DNA from: Thermoanaerobaculia bacterium
Lineage (GTDB): Bacteria > Acidobacteriota > Thermoanaerobaculia > Multivoradales > Multivoraceae
Reading direction: 5' to 3'
NCBI GenBank assembly: GCA_963666565.1
Contig: OY762911.1
Location: 4,224,001-4,288,000 of the forward strand
Length of the DNA stretch: 64,000 nt
Each line of letters opens with the position of its first letter. The stretch's first letter is position 1. This document shows, piece by piece, positions 35,551 through 44,532 of the stretch. A program made the translations under genes and the position numbers. The notes under the pieces were generated by a model. The model was not told where the DNA came from and made no database searches. It was given only the letters and a program-made list of their open reading frames with translations.

Positions 35551-36579
35551 TCAGAACCGGTCCGCTTCCCAGAACGCGAACCGTTCGGGCGGCAGGCGGC
35601 GGGCCAGGAGGTCGCCCTCGTTGGCGACGCCGAGCCGGGAGGCCAGCGCGCCGTCGTCCAGGCTACGGACCATCCACGTCGCGGGAGGCCTCGCGTCCGG
35701 CGGCACCTCGTCCCATGCCGGCTGCGTGTCGATCCTCGTGCCGGTGGCCGCCAGCAGAGCTTCCAGAGGCTCGTCGCGGACCAGGGGCATGCGAATCGAC
35801 TCGACGTTCCGCCCGGTCATGGCGGCGGCCAGCAGGTCGCGCAGGGCAGGAGCGCCGTCGGCCGCCCGGCCCCACTCCAGGACGCGCAGACGTCCGTTGA
35901 AGTCGGCGACGCGCAAGTAGGCGGTTGCGCCGGTCGCGTCCTCCGCAATCCAGACGTCCTCCTCCGGGGTGCCCGCAAGCCGGAGGCTGCCTTGCCAGTC
36001 CGCCGTCGAGCGGCGGTCGACCACGCCGTCCAGCGGCGCGCCGGCGGCGCCGGCGGCGTAGACGCCCCAGAGGCGTCCCAGTTCGCCCTCATCGGCCGCC
36101 GGATCGTAGGGCCGGGCGCCGCCAGCCGGCGACCCCTCAACCCCCGGCCAGTGCAGCGTGCGCCAACCGCGCGACCAGGGCCGATAGCCGTACCGCCCGT
36201 ACCACCGCAGCCGCTCGGCCAGCAAGTAGGAGAGCACCATCCCCCTGTCGCGCATCGCGTCGATCGCCCGCTCGAGCAGCGCGCCCGCCACGCCGCGGCG
36301 CCGGCACTCCGGCCGGGTGAACACGCTGCCGATGCCGCCCATGGGCAGTGCCCGGCCGCCAATCCGCACCCGGCGCGGGAAGATCTGGACGCACGAGACG
36401 AGTTCGCCGCCCCGGTCCGCGACCCAGACGTTCCGCGGCTCGAACGCGGGGTCGAGTTCGACGTACCGCCGGAAGAAGTCCCGACCCCGCTGGCCGTCGG
36501 GAAAGGGCCAGCCGTCCAGGAGGTCGAGCAATGCCTCGATCTCGCTCGCGCGGAGGGTCCGGAGCCGCGTATCCGCCAT
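35551..36579 (-). CDS. GNAT family N-acetyltransferase (Eis-like)
   Basis: MGGIGSVFTRPECRRRGVA acetyl-CoA motif; WYGRYGY. Confidence 0.85.
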   Translation of the reverse strand: MADTRLRTLRASEIEALLDLLDGWPFPDGQRGRDFFRRYVELDPAFEPRNVWVADRGGELVSCVQIFPRRVRIGGRALPMGGIGSVFTRPECRRRGVAGALLERAIDAMRDRGMVLSYLLAERLRWYGRYGYRPWSRGWRTLHWPGVEGSPAGGARPYDPAADEGELGRLWGVYAAGAAGAPLDGVVDRRSTADWQGSLRLAGTPEEDVWIAEDATGATAYLRVADFNGRLRVLEWGRAADGAPALRDLLAAAMTGRNVESIRMPLVRDEPLEALLAATGTRIDTQPAWDEVPPDARPPATWMVRSLDDGALASRLGVANEGDLLARRLPPERFAFWEADRF

Positions 36580-36614
36580 GGCAGCGACTCTGCCACGCGA
36601 AGCGGCACGCCCCC

Positions 36615-36650
36615 TTGACGCCGAGGCCGGACTTAGCCAGACTTAGCCCG
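36615..36650 (+). promoter_or_regulatory. sigma70-like promoter with GACTTAGCC direct-repeat operator of the TA module
   Basis: TTGACG-N17-CAGACT; GACTTAGCC occurs twice over the -10; SD GGAG precedes ATG 36680. Confidence 0.55.
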
Positions 36651-36679
36651 GTCGAACTTCTGGAGGGGAGAAACGGAGA

Positions 36680-36934
36680 ATGCAGGTGAACATGCACGAA
36701 GCCAAGTCACAACTATCGCGCCTGGGCCGGCTGGCCTGGGAGGGCGAGGAGGTCGTCATCGCCAAGGCGGGAGAGCCGTACCTGCGGCTCGAGCCCTACC
36801 GCGAGGAGAAACTGGAGCCCCGCAAGCTGGGAGGCCTGGAAGGGAAGATCTGGATGGCGCCGGACTTCGACGAGCCCGCGGAAGACCTGTGGGAGTTGAT
36901 GGTGAACTCGAAGATCTTCCCTGACGAGACCTGA
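36680..36934 (+). CDS. Phd/YefM family antitoxin
   Basis: VNMHEAKSQLSRL...GEEVVIAKAGEP...R.LG.LEGKIW.APDFDEP. Confidence 0.9.
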   Translation: MQVNMHEAKSQLSRLGRLAWEGEEVVIAKAGEPYLRLEPYREEKLEPRKLGGLEGKIWMAPDFDEPAEDLWELMVNSKIFPDET

Positions 36935-36936
36935 CG

Positions 36937-37317
36937 TTGGAGCGCCTTCTGCTCGACACCCACACGTTCCTGTGGTGCTTGTCCAGTCCAGGGAGACTGC
37001 GCGTAGCGGCCCGCAGCGTCATTGAAGATCCGCGCAACCAGATCTTCGTCAGCCCGATCACGGCCTGGGAGATCACGTTCAAGCGCCTCCGGGGGCAGAT
37101 GGACGCTCCCGACAACCTCGCCGCGTTGGTCGACGAGAAGGGCTTCACGCATCTGCCGCTGACGTTCCACCACGCGGAGTTGGCGGCGCGCCTGCCGCAG
37201 CACCACAAGGACCCGTTCGACCGCTTCCTGCTCGCCCAGGCGCAAGCCGAGGGACTCACCGTCGTCACCCGCGACGCGCACTTCCCACTGTACGGGGTGC
37301 GGACCATCCGCGCCTGA
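36937..37317 (+). CDS. vapC: VapC family PIN toxin
   Basis: LLLDTHTFLW, WEI..K, HHKDPFDR.L.AQA..EGL..VTRD. Confidence 0.92.
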   Translation: MERLLLDTHTFLWCLSSPGRLRVAARSVIEDPRNQIFVSPITAWEITFKRLRGQMDAPDNLAALVDEKGFTHLPLTFHHAELAARLPQHHKDPFDRFLLAQAQAEGLTVVTRDAHFPLYGVRTIRA

Positions 37318-37441
37318 AGCCGACCCGGCGGCGCGGTCGACATCGCCTCGACCGTGGTCCGCACCGTGCATGCCCGAAGCTGAGCCGGCAGCGCCGTCGA
37401 CGTGCATCGATTCCAAGGCCGGCGCAGCGACGCGGCGGCGC

Positions 37442-37447
37442 TAGGCT
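37442..37447 (+). promoter_or_regulatory. -10 box TAGGCT, leaderless promoter
   Basis: 7 nt before ATG 37455; no SD. Confidence 0.55.
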
Positions 37448-37454
37448 TCACCCA

Positions 37455-39572
37455 ATGAACCCGCGCGCAGCATCGCTCCTCACCTTCCTTCTCTCGCCGC
37501 TCGCCCTCGCGGCCCAGACCGAACTGCCAATCCGCGTCGAGCCGTTCCTGCAACAGGTCGCGGAGTACGAGCCGCCCGCCGGCGACGCGGCCGCCCCGAC
37601 TCCCGCCGCCCCGGCGCCCCTGCGCAACGTCGACGCTCCCGGCGAAGTTCGCGACGTCGTCACGGATGCCGCCATCCGGATCGCGGTCGCCTCCTCCGCG
37701 GGCCTCTACCTGCGGGACGGTTCCGAGACGACCTGGCGCCGCCTGTTGCCCAGCGACGGCGACCGGAGCTGGGCGCCGGTCGATGTGCGGGCGGTGGAGT
37801 TCGACTACGACGGCAGGCTGTGGTTCGCCTCGCCCCAGGGCCTGGGCGCCCTCGACGAGATCACGGGCGTCTGGCGGCTCTACGACCGTCACGACGGTCT
37901 GCCCTGGAACGACTTCACGGACCTCGCCGCGGCGCCGGACGGCTCGATCTGGGCGGGAACGACGCGCGGGCTCGTCCACCTGATCCCCGGCGCCGCTCCG
38001 GACGATCCGCCCCGCTGGCAGTACCGGCAGGGACGGCGCTGGCTCCCCCACGACCACGTGCTGTCGGTCGAAGTCGCGCGCGACGGAACGGTGCGCGTCG
38101 AGACCCCCGCCGGTTCCGGCGCCATCCGCCTGCAGCCGATGACCCTGCGCGGAAAGGCCGAGCGCTTCCACGAGGCGATCGAGCGCTTCCACCGGCGCAC
38201 GCCCTACGGCTACGTCCTGGGCGTCGCGCTCGAGCGCCCCGGCGACACCTCGGCGTTCCGCCAGCCCGACAGCGACAACGACGGCCTCTGGACCTCCATG
38301 TACGGCGCCGCCGAGTGTCTCCGCTGGGCCGTCACCGGCGAGCCGGAGGCGCGCGAGAACGCCCGCAAGGCGTTCGAGGCGCTGCGTTTCCTGCAGCTCG
38401 TGACCCAGGGCGGCACGCCGCCCGCCGAGCCCGGCTTCGTCGCCCGCACCATCCTGCCGATCGACGGCCCGGACCCGAACGCGGGCCGCCTGGAGAGCGA
38501 CCGCCGGATGCGCGAGGAGCGGGACGGCCTGTGGAAGACGATCGACCCCCGCTGGCCCACAAGCGCCGACGGCAAGTGGTACTGGAAGAGCGACACGAGC
38601 TCGGACGAGCTGGACGGCCACTTCTTCTTCTACGGCCTGTACCACGACCTGGTCGCGGACACCGAGACGGAGCGCGCCGAGGTCCGCGAGACGGTGCTCG
38701 CGATCGTCGACCACCTGATCGACCACGGCGGGGCTCTCGTCGACCATGACGGGCAGCGCACCCGCTGGGCCGTCTTCGGCCCGGAGCAACTGAACCACGA
38801 CCAGGACTGGTGGGAGGAACGGGGCCTCAACTCGCTTTCCTACCTGGCCTACCTGCGGATCGCCCAGCACATGAGCGACCAGCACATGAGCGCCGCCGGG
38901 CCCGAGGCCGGGGCGCGGCGCGGGCAGCGCTACGCCGACGCCGCGCGGCGCCTGCTCGACGACCACGCCTACCTGGCCAACCTGCGCAACCCCAAGGTCC
39001 AGAGCGGCCCCGGCACCGGCAACCAGTCGGACGACGAGATGGCGTTCATGAACTACTACCACCTCCTGAAGTACGAGCGGGACGAGACGGTACGCAGCGT
39101 TGTCGCCCACTCGCTCCGCCAGTACTGGAAGGTCATGCGGCCCGAGCGGAACCCGCTGTTCGATTTCATCCACGCCGCGGCCATCGACGGCGCCGGCTAC
39201 CGCGACGCCTTCGACGACGAGACCTACAGCCGCGCCGACTACCCGCTCCGCGACGCTGTCGAGAGCCTGGTCCTCTATCCCCTCGAACGCTTCGACTGGG
39301 CGCTGTCGAACAGCCACCGCCTCGACATCGTGCTGCTCCGCCACCAGGAAGAACGCCGCGGAATCCGCGGCCACCTGCTGGACGGCCGCGTGCTGCCGAT
39401 CGACGAGCGCTTCGTCAACCACTGGAACCACGATCCCTGGCGGCTCGACCACGGCGGCCAGGGCCGCTACCTCGCCGACGGCGCCAGCTTCCTGCTGCCC
39501 TACTGGTTCGGCCTCCACCACGGGCTGATCGAGGAAGCGGGCGAAGACGATCCGGCGGAGCCGCCGCGTTGA
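37455..39572 (+). CDS. Secreted protein: N-terminal beta-propeller repeats plus putative alpha/alpha-barrel glycoside-hydrolase-like domain
   Basis: Signal peptide; DGRLWFAS..GL and DGSIWAGT.RGL propeller repeats; acidic motifs DNDGLWTSMY, SSDELDGH and NQSDDEM. Function is inferred. Confidence 0.65.
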   Translation: MNPRAASLLTFLLSPLALAAQTELPIRVEPFLQQVAEYEPPAGDAAAPTPAAPAPLRNVDAPGEVRDVVTDAAIRIAVASSAGLYLRDGSETTWRRLLPSDGDRSWAPVDVRAVEFDYDGRLWFASPQGLGALDEITGVWRLYDRHDGLPWNDFTDLAAAPDGSIWAGTTRGLVHLIPGAAPDDPPRWQYRQGRRWLPHDHVLSVEVARDGTVRVETPAGSGAIRLQPMTLRGKAERFHEAIERFHRRTPYGYVLGVALERPGDTSAFRQPDSDNDGLWTSMYGAAECLRWAVTGEPEARENARKAFEALRFLQLVTQGGTPPAEPGFVARTILPIDGPDPNAGRLESDRRMREERDGLWKTIDPRWPTSADGKWYWKSDTSSDELDGHFFFYGLYHDLVADTETERAEVRETVLAIVDHLIDHGGALVDHDGQRTRWAVFGPEQLNHDQDWWEERGLNSLSYLAYLRIAQHMSDQHMSAAGPEAGARRGQRYADAARRLLDDHAYLANLRNPKVQSGPGTGNQSDDEMAFMNYYHLLKYERDETVRSVVAHSLRQYWKVMRPERNPLFDFIHAAAIDGAGYRDAFDDETYSRADYPLRDAVESLVLYPLERFDWALSNSHRLDIVLLRHQEERRGIRGHLLDGRVLPIDERFVNHWNHDPWRLDHGGQGRYLADGASFLLPYWFGLHHGLIEEAGEDDPAEPPR

Positions 39573-40528
39573 CGAAAGACGCGGCCGGCGCCCCGCGCGT
39601 GGCGCTCCAGCTCTACACGCTCCGCCGGCAGGCCGAGCAGGACCTGGAAGCCGCCCTCGACCGGGCGGCGGAGGCCGGCTATCGCGAAGTCGAGTGGTTC
39701 GGGGGTCTGTGGGGACGCACGGCCGAGGACCTCCGCGGGCTTCTGTCGGAACGCGGCCTCGGGATCCTCGCGGCCCACGTGCCGCTCGCCGACCTGGAGG
39801 CGGATCCCGCCGGAGCGATGGAGACCTGGCGCGCGCTCCACTGCCAGGTGCTCGTCTGCCCGTGGCTCGACGAAGCCCAGCGCGGCGACGGCAGCCGCGC
39901 GCACTACCTGGAACTCGGCCGTCGGCTCGACCTGCTGAGCTACCGGTTCCGGGCCGGCGGCTTCCGCTTCGCCTACCACAACCACGACTTCGAGTTGCTG
40001 CCGTTCCACGACGTTCAACCCGCAAGCGGACCGTCTTCGACCGGGGAGCGACGACGCCGGGCGGAATGCACGGCCGCTCGAACGCAGCGCGACTTCCGCC
40101 ACGGGCCGCCAGGCCGCGACGGCCTGCGAGCGCTCGTCTCCCGCCGCTCTCACGACGGCTGGGGACTGGAACTGGACATCTACTGGGCGGCCTTCGCCGG
40201 CGCCGACCCGGAGGCGCTGATCCGGGAACTCGGGGACCGGGTCCATCTCCTGCACCTGAAGGACGGCCTGCTGCCCGGTCCGCCGGAGGAACGCGCGGCG
40301 GAGCGGGCCACGTCCGAGCGCTGGTTCCGGCCACTGGGCAACGGCGACGTCGACGTGGCCGCCTGCGTCGACGCGGCGCTCGAGACCGGCGTGCGCCTGT
40401 TCGTCGTCGAGCAGGACGAGACGGCGGAAGCCGGCGGAGCGGCCGAGCGGGACTCGGCCGCGAGCCTCGGATACCTCAAGACGCGGACGGCTCTTGGCGC
40501 CGCCGCGGGCAAGGCTTCCGCGCCATGA
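39569..40528 (+). CDS. Sugar phosphate isomerase/epimerase (xylose-isomerase-like TIM barrel)
   Basis: ALQLYTLR, GYREVE, YHNHDFE, ELDIYW, LHLKD, VVEQD. TTG start overlaps the upstream stop. Confidence 0.85.
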   Translation: MTKDAAGAPRVALQLYTLRRQAEQDLEAALDRAAEAGYREVEWFGGLWGRTAEDLRGLLSERGLGILAAHVPLADLEADPAGAMETWRALHCQVLVCPWLDEAQRGDGSRAHYLELGRRLDLLSYRFRAGGFRFAYHNHDFELLPFHDVQPASGPSSTGERRRRAECTAARTQRDFRHGPPGRDGLRALVSRRSHDGWGLELDIYWAAFAGADPEALIRELGDRVHLLHLKDGLLPGPPEERAAERATSERWFRPLGNGDVDVAACVDAALETGVRLFVVEQDETAEAGGAAERDSAASLGYLKTRTALGAAAGKASAP

Positions 40529-40599
40529 GCCGGGGCCTGTCCAGGCTCGACGCGGCGACCGCGATCGGTACGGCAGCGGCGGGGAACCACGCGCCATGA
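40525..40599 (+). other. 24-codon relay mini-ORF duplicating the start of the downstream gene
   Basis: ATGA overlaps at both ends; MSRGLSRLDAATAIG versus downstream MTWGLSGLDTAIV. Confidence 0.45.
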
Positions 40600-42179
40600 C
40601 CTGGGGCCTCTCCGGGCTCGATACCGCGATCGTCCTCGTCTACCTGGCGGGGATACTGGTCATCGGCACCACTTTCAGCCGCTACGTCAAGACCAGTGGC
40701 GACTTCCTGCTCGCCGGCCGCGCCCTGCCCTTCTGGGCGATCGGCATGTCGATCGTGGTCAGCGACATCGGCGCCACGGACTTCATCGCCGTCGCCGGCG
40801 GTACCTACCGCTACGGCCTCGCCCAGGCCAACTTCGACTGGCTCGGCTCGATGCCGGCGCTGCTGATCGCTGCGTTCCTGATCGTCCCGTTCTACTGGCG
40901 CAGCGGCGTCTACACGGTTCCCGAGTTCCTGGGCCGGCGCTACGGCAGCGGCGTGCGCAGCTTCCTCGCTCTGGCCTGGGGCGTCATCCTGGTGCTCAAC
41001 CTCGGGATCATGATCCACGCCACCGCGCTGCTCATGCGCACCGTGCTCGGCTGGGATCCGCAGTTCTCCATCTGGATCACGACCGCGATCGTCGGCATCT
41101 ACACGATCAGCGGCGGGCTGGCCGCGGTCGTGATGACCGACGTGCTGCAACTCATCGTCATGTTCGTGGGCGGCGCGGCCCTGGTCGCGCGGGCCCTCTA
41201 CGAGGTCGGCGGACTGACGGCGCTGCGCGACGGCGTCCTCAACCAGGGCGCCCAGTACGCGGACCACTTCTCGCTCTACCTGCCGCACGACACGGCGACT
41301 CCCTTCCCCTGGACCGGGATCGTTCTGGGGCTCGGGATCGTGCTCTCGGTCGCCTACTACACCGGCAACCAGACGATCGTCCAGCGCGCGCTCGGCGCGC
41401 GCAGCGAGTGGGACGCGAAGGCCGGCGTGCTGCTCGCCGGCTTCCTGAAGCTGTTCATCCCGCTGCTCGTCGCGCTGCCGGGGCTGGCCGCGATCCTGAT
41501 CGTCCCGGACCTGCAGAACGCCGACGAGGCGGTGCCGAGCCTCATCGCCCGGTTGCTGCCGCCGGGATTGCGGGGACTGATGTTCGCTGCCTTCCTGGCG
41601 GCCCTGATGTCGAGCGTCGACTCCAACCTGAACTCGGCGACGACTCTCTGGAGCCGCGACCTGCTCGGCCGCCTGCGACGGCGCCTGGGCCGCGCGGAAC
41701 TCGGGACCGCCGCGGAACTCCGCTTCGGCCGCATCCTGTCCGCCGTGCTGCTGCTGGCGGCCGCGTTCATCGCGCCCGAGATCGAGCAGCGCTTCAGCAA
41801 CATCTACAACGCGATCCAGACCGTCTTCTCCCTGATCCAGGGGCCGACCCTGGCCGTGCTCCTGCTCGGCATCCTCTGGCGCGGAGCGAACCGCTACGGC
41901 GGCGCCGCCGGGCTGGTGTCGGGCGTCGGGTTCTGCCTGCTGCTCAACAGCCCGGCGATGGATGGGCTGTTCTCGTCCGAGGAGCCGTTCCTGTTCGTCG
42001 CCTGGTGGTCGTTCGTCTTCACCCTGGGCGTGACCTGGATCGTCAGCCGGTTGACGCCGCCGGAGCCGCCGGAGCGCCTGCGCGGCCTGGTCTGGGGCGA
42101 GGTGCGGAACGACGGAGCGGTGCAGGCGGCGCTGCGAAGCCGGGTCGCCCAACTGCGGGAGAACGGCAATGAACCGTGA
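40596..42179 (+). CDS. Sodium:solute symporter (SSS family)
   Basis: DFLLAGRALP, TVPEFLGRRYG, GGL.AVV.TD.LQ, NQ.IVQR.L, AALMSS.DS.LNS. Confidence 0.92.
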   Translation: MTWGLSGLDTAIVLVYLAGILVIGTTFSRYVKTSGDFLLAGRALPFWAIGMSIVVSDIGATDFIAVAGGTYRYGLAQANFDWLGSMPALLIAAFLIVPFYWRSGVYTVPEFLGRRYGSGVRSFLALAWGVILVLNLGIMIHATALLMRTVLGWDPQFSIWITTAIVGIYTISGGLAAVVMTDVLQLIVMFVGGAALVARALYEVGGLTALRDGVLNQGAQYADHFSLYLPHDTATPFPWTGIVLGLGIVLSVAYYTGNQTIVQRALGARSEWDAKAGVLLAGFLKLFIPLLVALPGLAAILIVPDLQNADEAVPSLIARLLPPGLRGLMFAAFLAALMSSVDSNLNSATTLWSRDLLGRLRRRLGRAELGTAAELRFGRILSAVLLLAAAFIAPEIEQRFSNIYNAIQTVFSLIQGPTLAVLLLGILWRGANRYGGAAGLVSGVGFCLLLNSPAMDGLFSSEEPFLFVAWWSFVFTLGVTWIVSRLTPPEPPERLRGLVWGEVRNDGAVQAALRSRVAQLRENGNEP

Positions 42180-42263
42180 GGCAGACCGCACCGAACGCTC
42201 GCGTCACCATGCGCGGCTTCGGGCCCGCGTACCGCGTGCCCTCGTCTTCCGGCGCCGAACGCC

Positions 42264-42503
42264 ATGAGAACGATCCTCGAGTTCGTCCTCGGCCCGGTCC
42301 ACGCCGCAATGGGCGCCTTGCCACTGTGGAGCGCTCGCGTCGCCGTCGCCCTGCTGCTCGTTCTGCCGGCGGCGGCAGTCTGGCGGCTCGGCCGCGACTG
42401 GGTGTTCCGCGGCGCACCCGACCGGGCGAGGTGGCGCGACCTGCGGATCTGGGCCGCACTGTTCATCGTGCCCTACCTCCTGATCTACCTGTTGCTTGCC
42501 TGA
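42264..42503 (+). CDS. Small membrane protein
   Basis: 79 aa with two hydrophobic helices; W.DLR.WA...PYL.IY. Confidence 0.65.
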   Translation: MRTILEFVLGPVHAAMGALPLWSARVAVALLLVLPAAAVWRLGRDWVFRGAPDRARWRDLRIWAALFIVPYLLIYLLLA

Positions 42504-42522
42504 CCTGCCGTTCATCGACGCC

Positions 42523-42741
42523 ATGACCTCCGACCACACCGACCGCGACCGTTCCACCGCCCGCATCCTGGGCGTCTTCCTGGCGGTGCTCGCGATCCCG
42601 GTCCTCGTCGGCGCCTTCTCCGCCGCGCAGACGATCGACCTCGCGCTCGGCACCGCCGCCGGTGCCGCTCTCCTGCTGGCCGCCGCCGTCCTGACGATCT
42701 ACGGCAGCCGCGGCCGCCGGAAGCCGCCGGAAGAGCGCTGA
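42523..42741 (+). CDS. Small membrane protein
   Basis: 72 aa with two TM segments and a basic C-tail. Confidence 0.55.
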   Translation: MTSDHTDRDRSTARILGVFLAVLAIPVLVGAFSAAQTIDLALGTAAGAALLLAAAVLTIYGSRGRRKPPEER

Positions 42742-43367
42742 GCGAACCGCCGCAGCCGGCGCCGCCTACGTCCCGCGCAAACGGGGAGGCGGCCCAGACG
42801 ATCGCGCCGACCGTCCCGGAAGACGAAGCGCGCCGCCGCCTGGCAGGCGGACGGCTGCGCCGCCTCCGCGGCGGGCGGCCCGTCGCCTTCGAACTCCTGT
42901 ACCTGCCCCACTGGCTCGTCGTCTACGAGACGGTCGGCTCCGCCGAGCGACTGGCGGTCCTCGTCTGCCGGCTCAGCGGGCAAGCCGCGCACATCCGCCT
43001 GCAAGACGTCGAAGTCGCACCGGGACCGGCAACCCTGCCGCCCGCGCTCGACCCTGCCCAAGCGGAAGAGCGGGCCGCCGACTTCGCCCGCCGCGTCCTG
43101 CTGATGGCCGCCCGCGGCAAACGCCGCCGCGAACTCGGCAAGCCGATCCGCTCCGAACCCTGCGGCTACCCGTACTGGGTCGAGTACCTGGAACGCGGCA
43201 GCAACGTCGACTTTCGCGCCGTCGACGCCGTCTCCGGCAAGCGCGCCGGCGCCGCCGTACGCGGCGCCATCGCCCGCGGGATCGCGGCGGACAACCCGTT
43301 GACCGAAACACGCCACCGACGTCCAGCCCAGTCGGGTCAGGAGGGGTCGGCGCCCAGGCGCCTCTGA
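42738..43367 (+). CDS. Hypothetical protein with probable CTG start
   Basis: The frame is open and protein-like from CTG 42738 (overlaps the upstream TGA), with no ATG/GTG/TTG until 43104. Internal two-fold motif LYLPHW..../GYPYW... and VCRLSG/VDAVSG. Confidence 0.6.
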   Translation: MSEPPQPAPPTSRANGEAAQTIAPTVPEDEARRRLAGGRLRRLRGGRPVAFELLYLPHWLVVYETVGSAERLAVLVCRLSGQAAHIRLQDVEVAPGPATLPPALDPAQAEERAADFARRVLLMAARGKRRRELGKPIRSEPCGYPYWVEYLERGSNVDFRAVDAVSGKRAGAAVRGAIARGIAADNPLTETRHRRPAQSGQEGSAPRRL

Positions 43368-43492
43368 ACGAGCGACGGCCGACGCCTTTCCGGAAGCCGA
43401 CGCTGAACCGGAGCGAGTGAAGCGGAGCGAGCGCAGTCCTTCCATCTCCTCTTGAGCGCGAGCGTCACCTGGGCGCCGACCCCTCCTGACCC
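43334..43492. mobile_element. MITE/REPIN-like element with perfect 25-bp inverted repeats
   Basis: GGGTCAGGAGGGGTCGGCGCCCAGG (43334-43358) and CCTGGGCGCCGACCCCTCCTGACCC (43468-43492). Confidence 0.6.
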
Positions 43493-43563
43493 AAGACGGG
43501 CGGGTGCGTCCGACGCCGCCACGAACGGGGCTAGACTCGGTCTTCCCGACCGAGGAGAACCGA

Positions 43564-44532
43564 ATGGCCGAGGCTTTCGACACGCAGACCTGGATCAGCG
43601 GACCGCTCCGCTCCCCCAGACAGATGCTCGCCGAACAGGAGTACGGCGGACACATGTCCATCCATGACGACTCCACCGCCGAGAAGATGGGCTTCCAGGC
43701 CGGAGGCCCGATCGAAGGCCCGACCCACTTCAGCCAGTTCGTGCCCCTGCTTCACGACCTGTGGGGTCAGGAGTGGTTCGAGACCGGCTGCCTGAGCGCC
43801 CACTACCGGAACATGGTCGTCGAGGGCGAGCAGGTGCGAGCCCTGGTCGAGAGCGCGGCGAACGGCCGGACCCAGGTCCGCATCCGGGCCGAGAAGGCGG
43901 ACGGCACGGAAGTGCTCGTCGGCACGGCCTCGATCCGCGGCGACATCGAGTCGTCCGAGATCGGGACGCGAATGGCCCGCCTGCGGCCGCCGGGACCGCT
44001 CGTCGTCCTGCGGGACCTCGAAGTCGGCATGAAGGGGAAGGGACTCGAAGAGGTGCGGATGGACTTCGACCGGCACATGGGCAAGCTCTATCCCTTCAGC
44101 CTGAACCAGAAGCTCGCCAGGATCACCGAGCCCTCGCCCTGGTACACCGAGGACGAGGGCGGCTCGTCGCCCTGGGGCCGCGCGATCGTCCCGCTGGAGA
44201 TGGTCAGCGTGCTCGCCGGCTACTCGAACCGCAAGGCCGGCTTCCCGACGCGCGGACCGGCGGTGGGCCTGTTCGCCGGCCAGCAGATCCGGATGATCGA
44301 CGGGCCGCTCTTCGTCGGCCGGGACTACCTCCTGGAGCGCGAGATCGTGGCGCTCAGCGAGAGCCGGCGCACGGAATCGAACTGGGTCAGGACGACCTTC
44401 CTCGACGCGGAGACGAAGACGCCGAAGGCCGAGATGATCCTGAACAACGCGACGCTCAAGCACTCATTCGAGGGCTACGAGGAAGAGCGTGCGGCGTTGG
44501 AGGCCGCGGCAGCGAAGGCGGCGACGGCATGA
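43564..44532 (+). CDS. Hypothetical protein, probable double hot-dog fold (acyl dehydratase/thioesterase-like)
   Basis: SIHDD..A...GF..G.IEGP.H and SPWGRAIVP...GLFA...IR...GPL resemble MaoC-like halves. SD GAGGAG; coupled to the CoA ligase. Confidence 0.6.
   Translation: MAEAFDTQTWISGPLRSPRQMLAEQEYGGHMSIHDDSTAEKMGFQAGGPIEGPTHFSQFVPLLHDLWGQEWFETGCLSAHYRNMVVEGEQVRALVESAANGRTQVRIRAEKADGTEVLVGTASIRGDIESSEIGTRMARLRPPGPLVVLRDLEVGMKGKGLEEVRMDFDRHMGKLYPFSLNQKLARITEPSPWYTEDEGGSSPWGRAIVPLEMVSVLAGYSNRKAGFPTRGPAVGLFAGQQIRMIDGPLFVGRDYLLEREIVALSESRRTESNWVRTTFLDAETKTPKAEMILNNATLKHSFEGYEEERAALEAAAAKAATA

Noticed and set aside
36756-40334. 1192-aa minus-strand ORF and similar overlapping ORFs (29233-31863, 50823-53618, 60896-62500)
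   Set aside because: They lie antisense to well-supported genes and have low-complexity Arg/Gly/Ala content typical of high-GC shadows.
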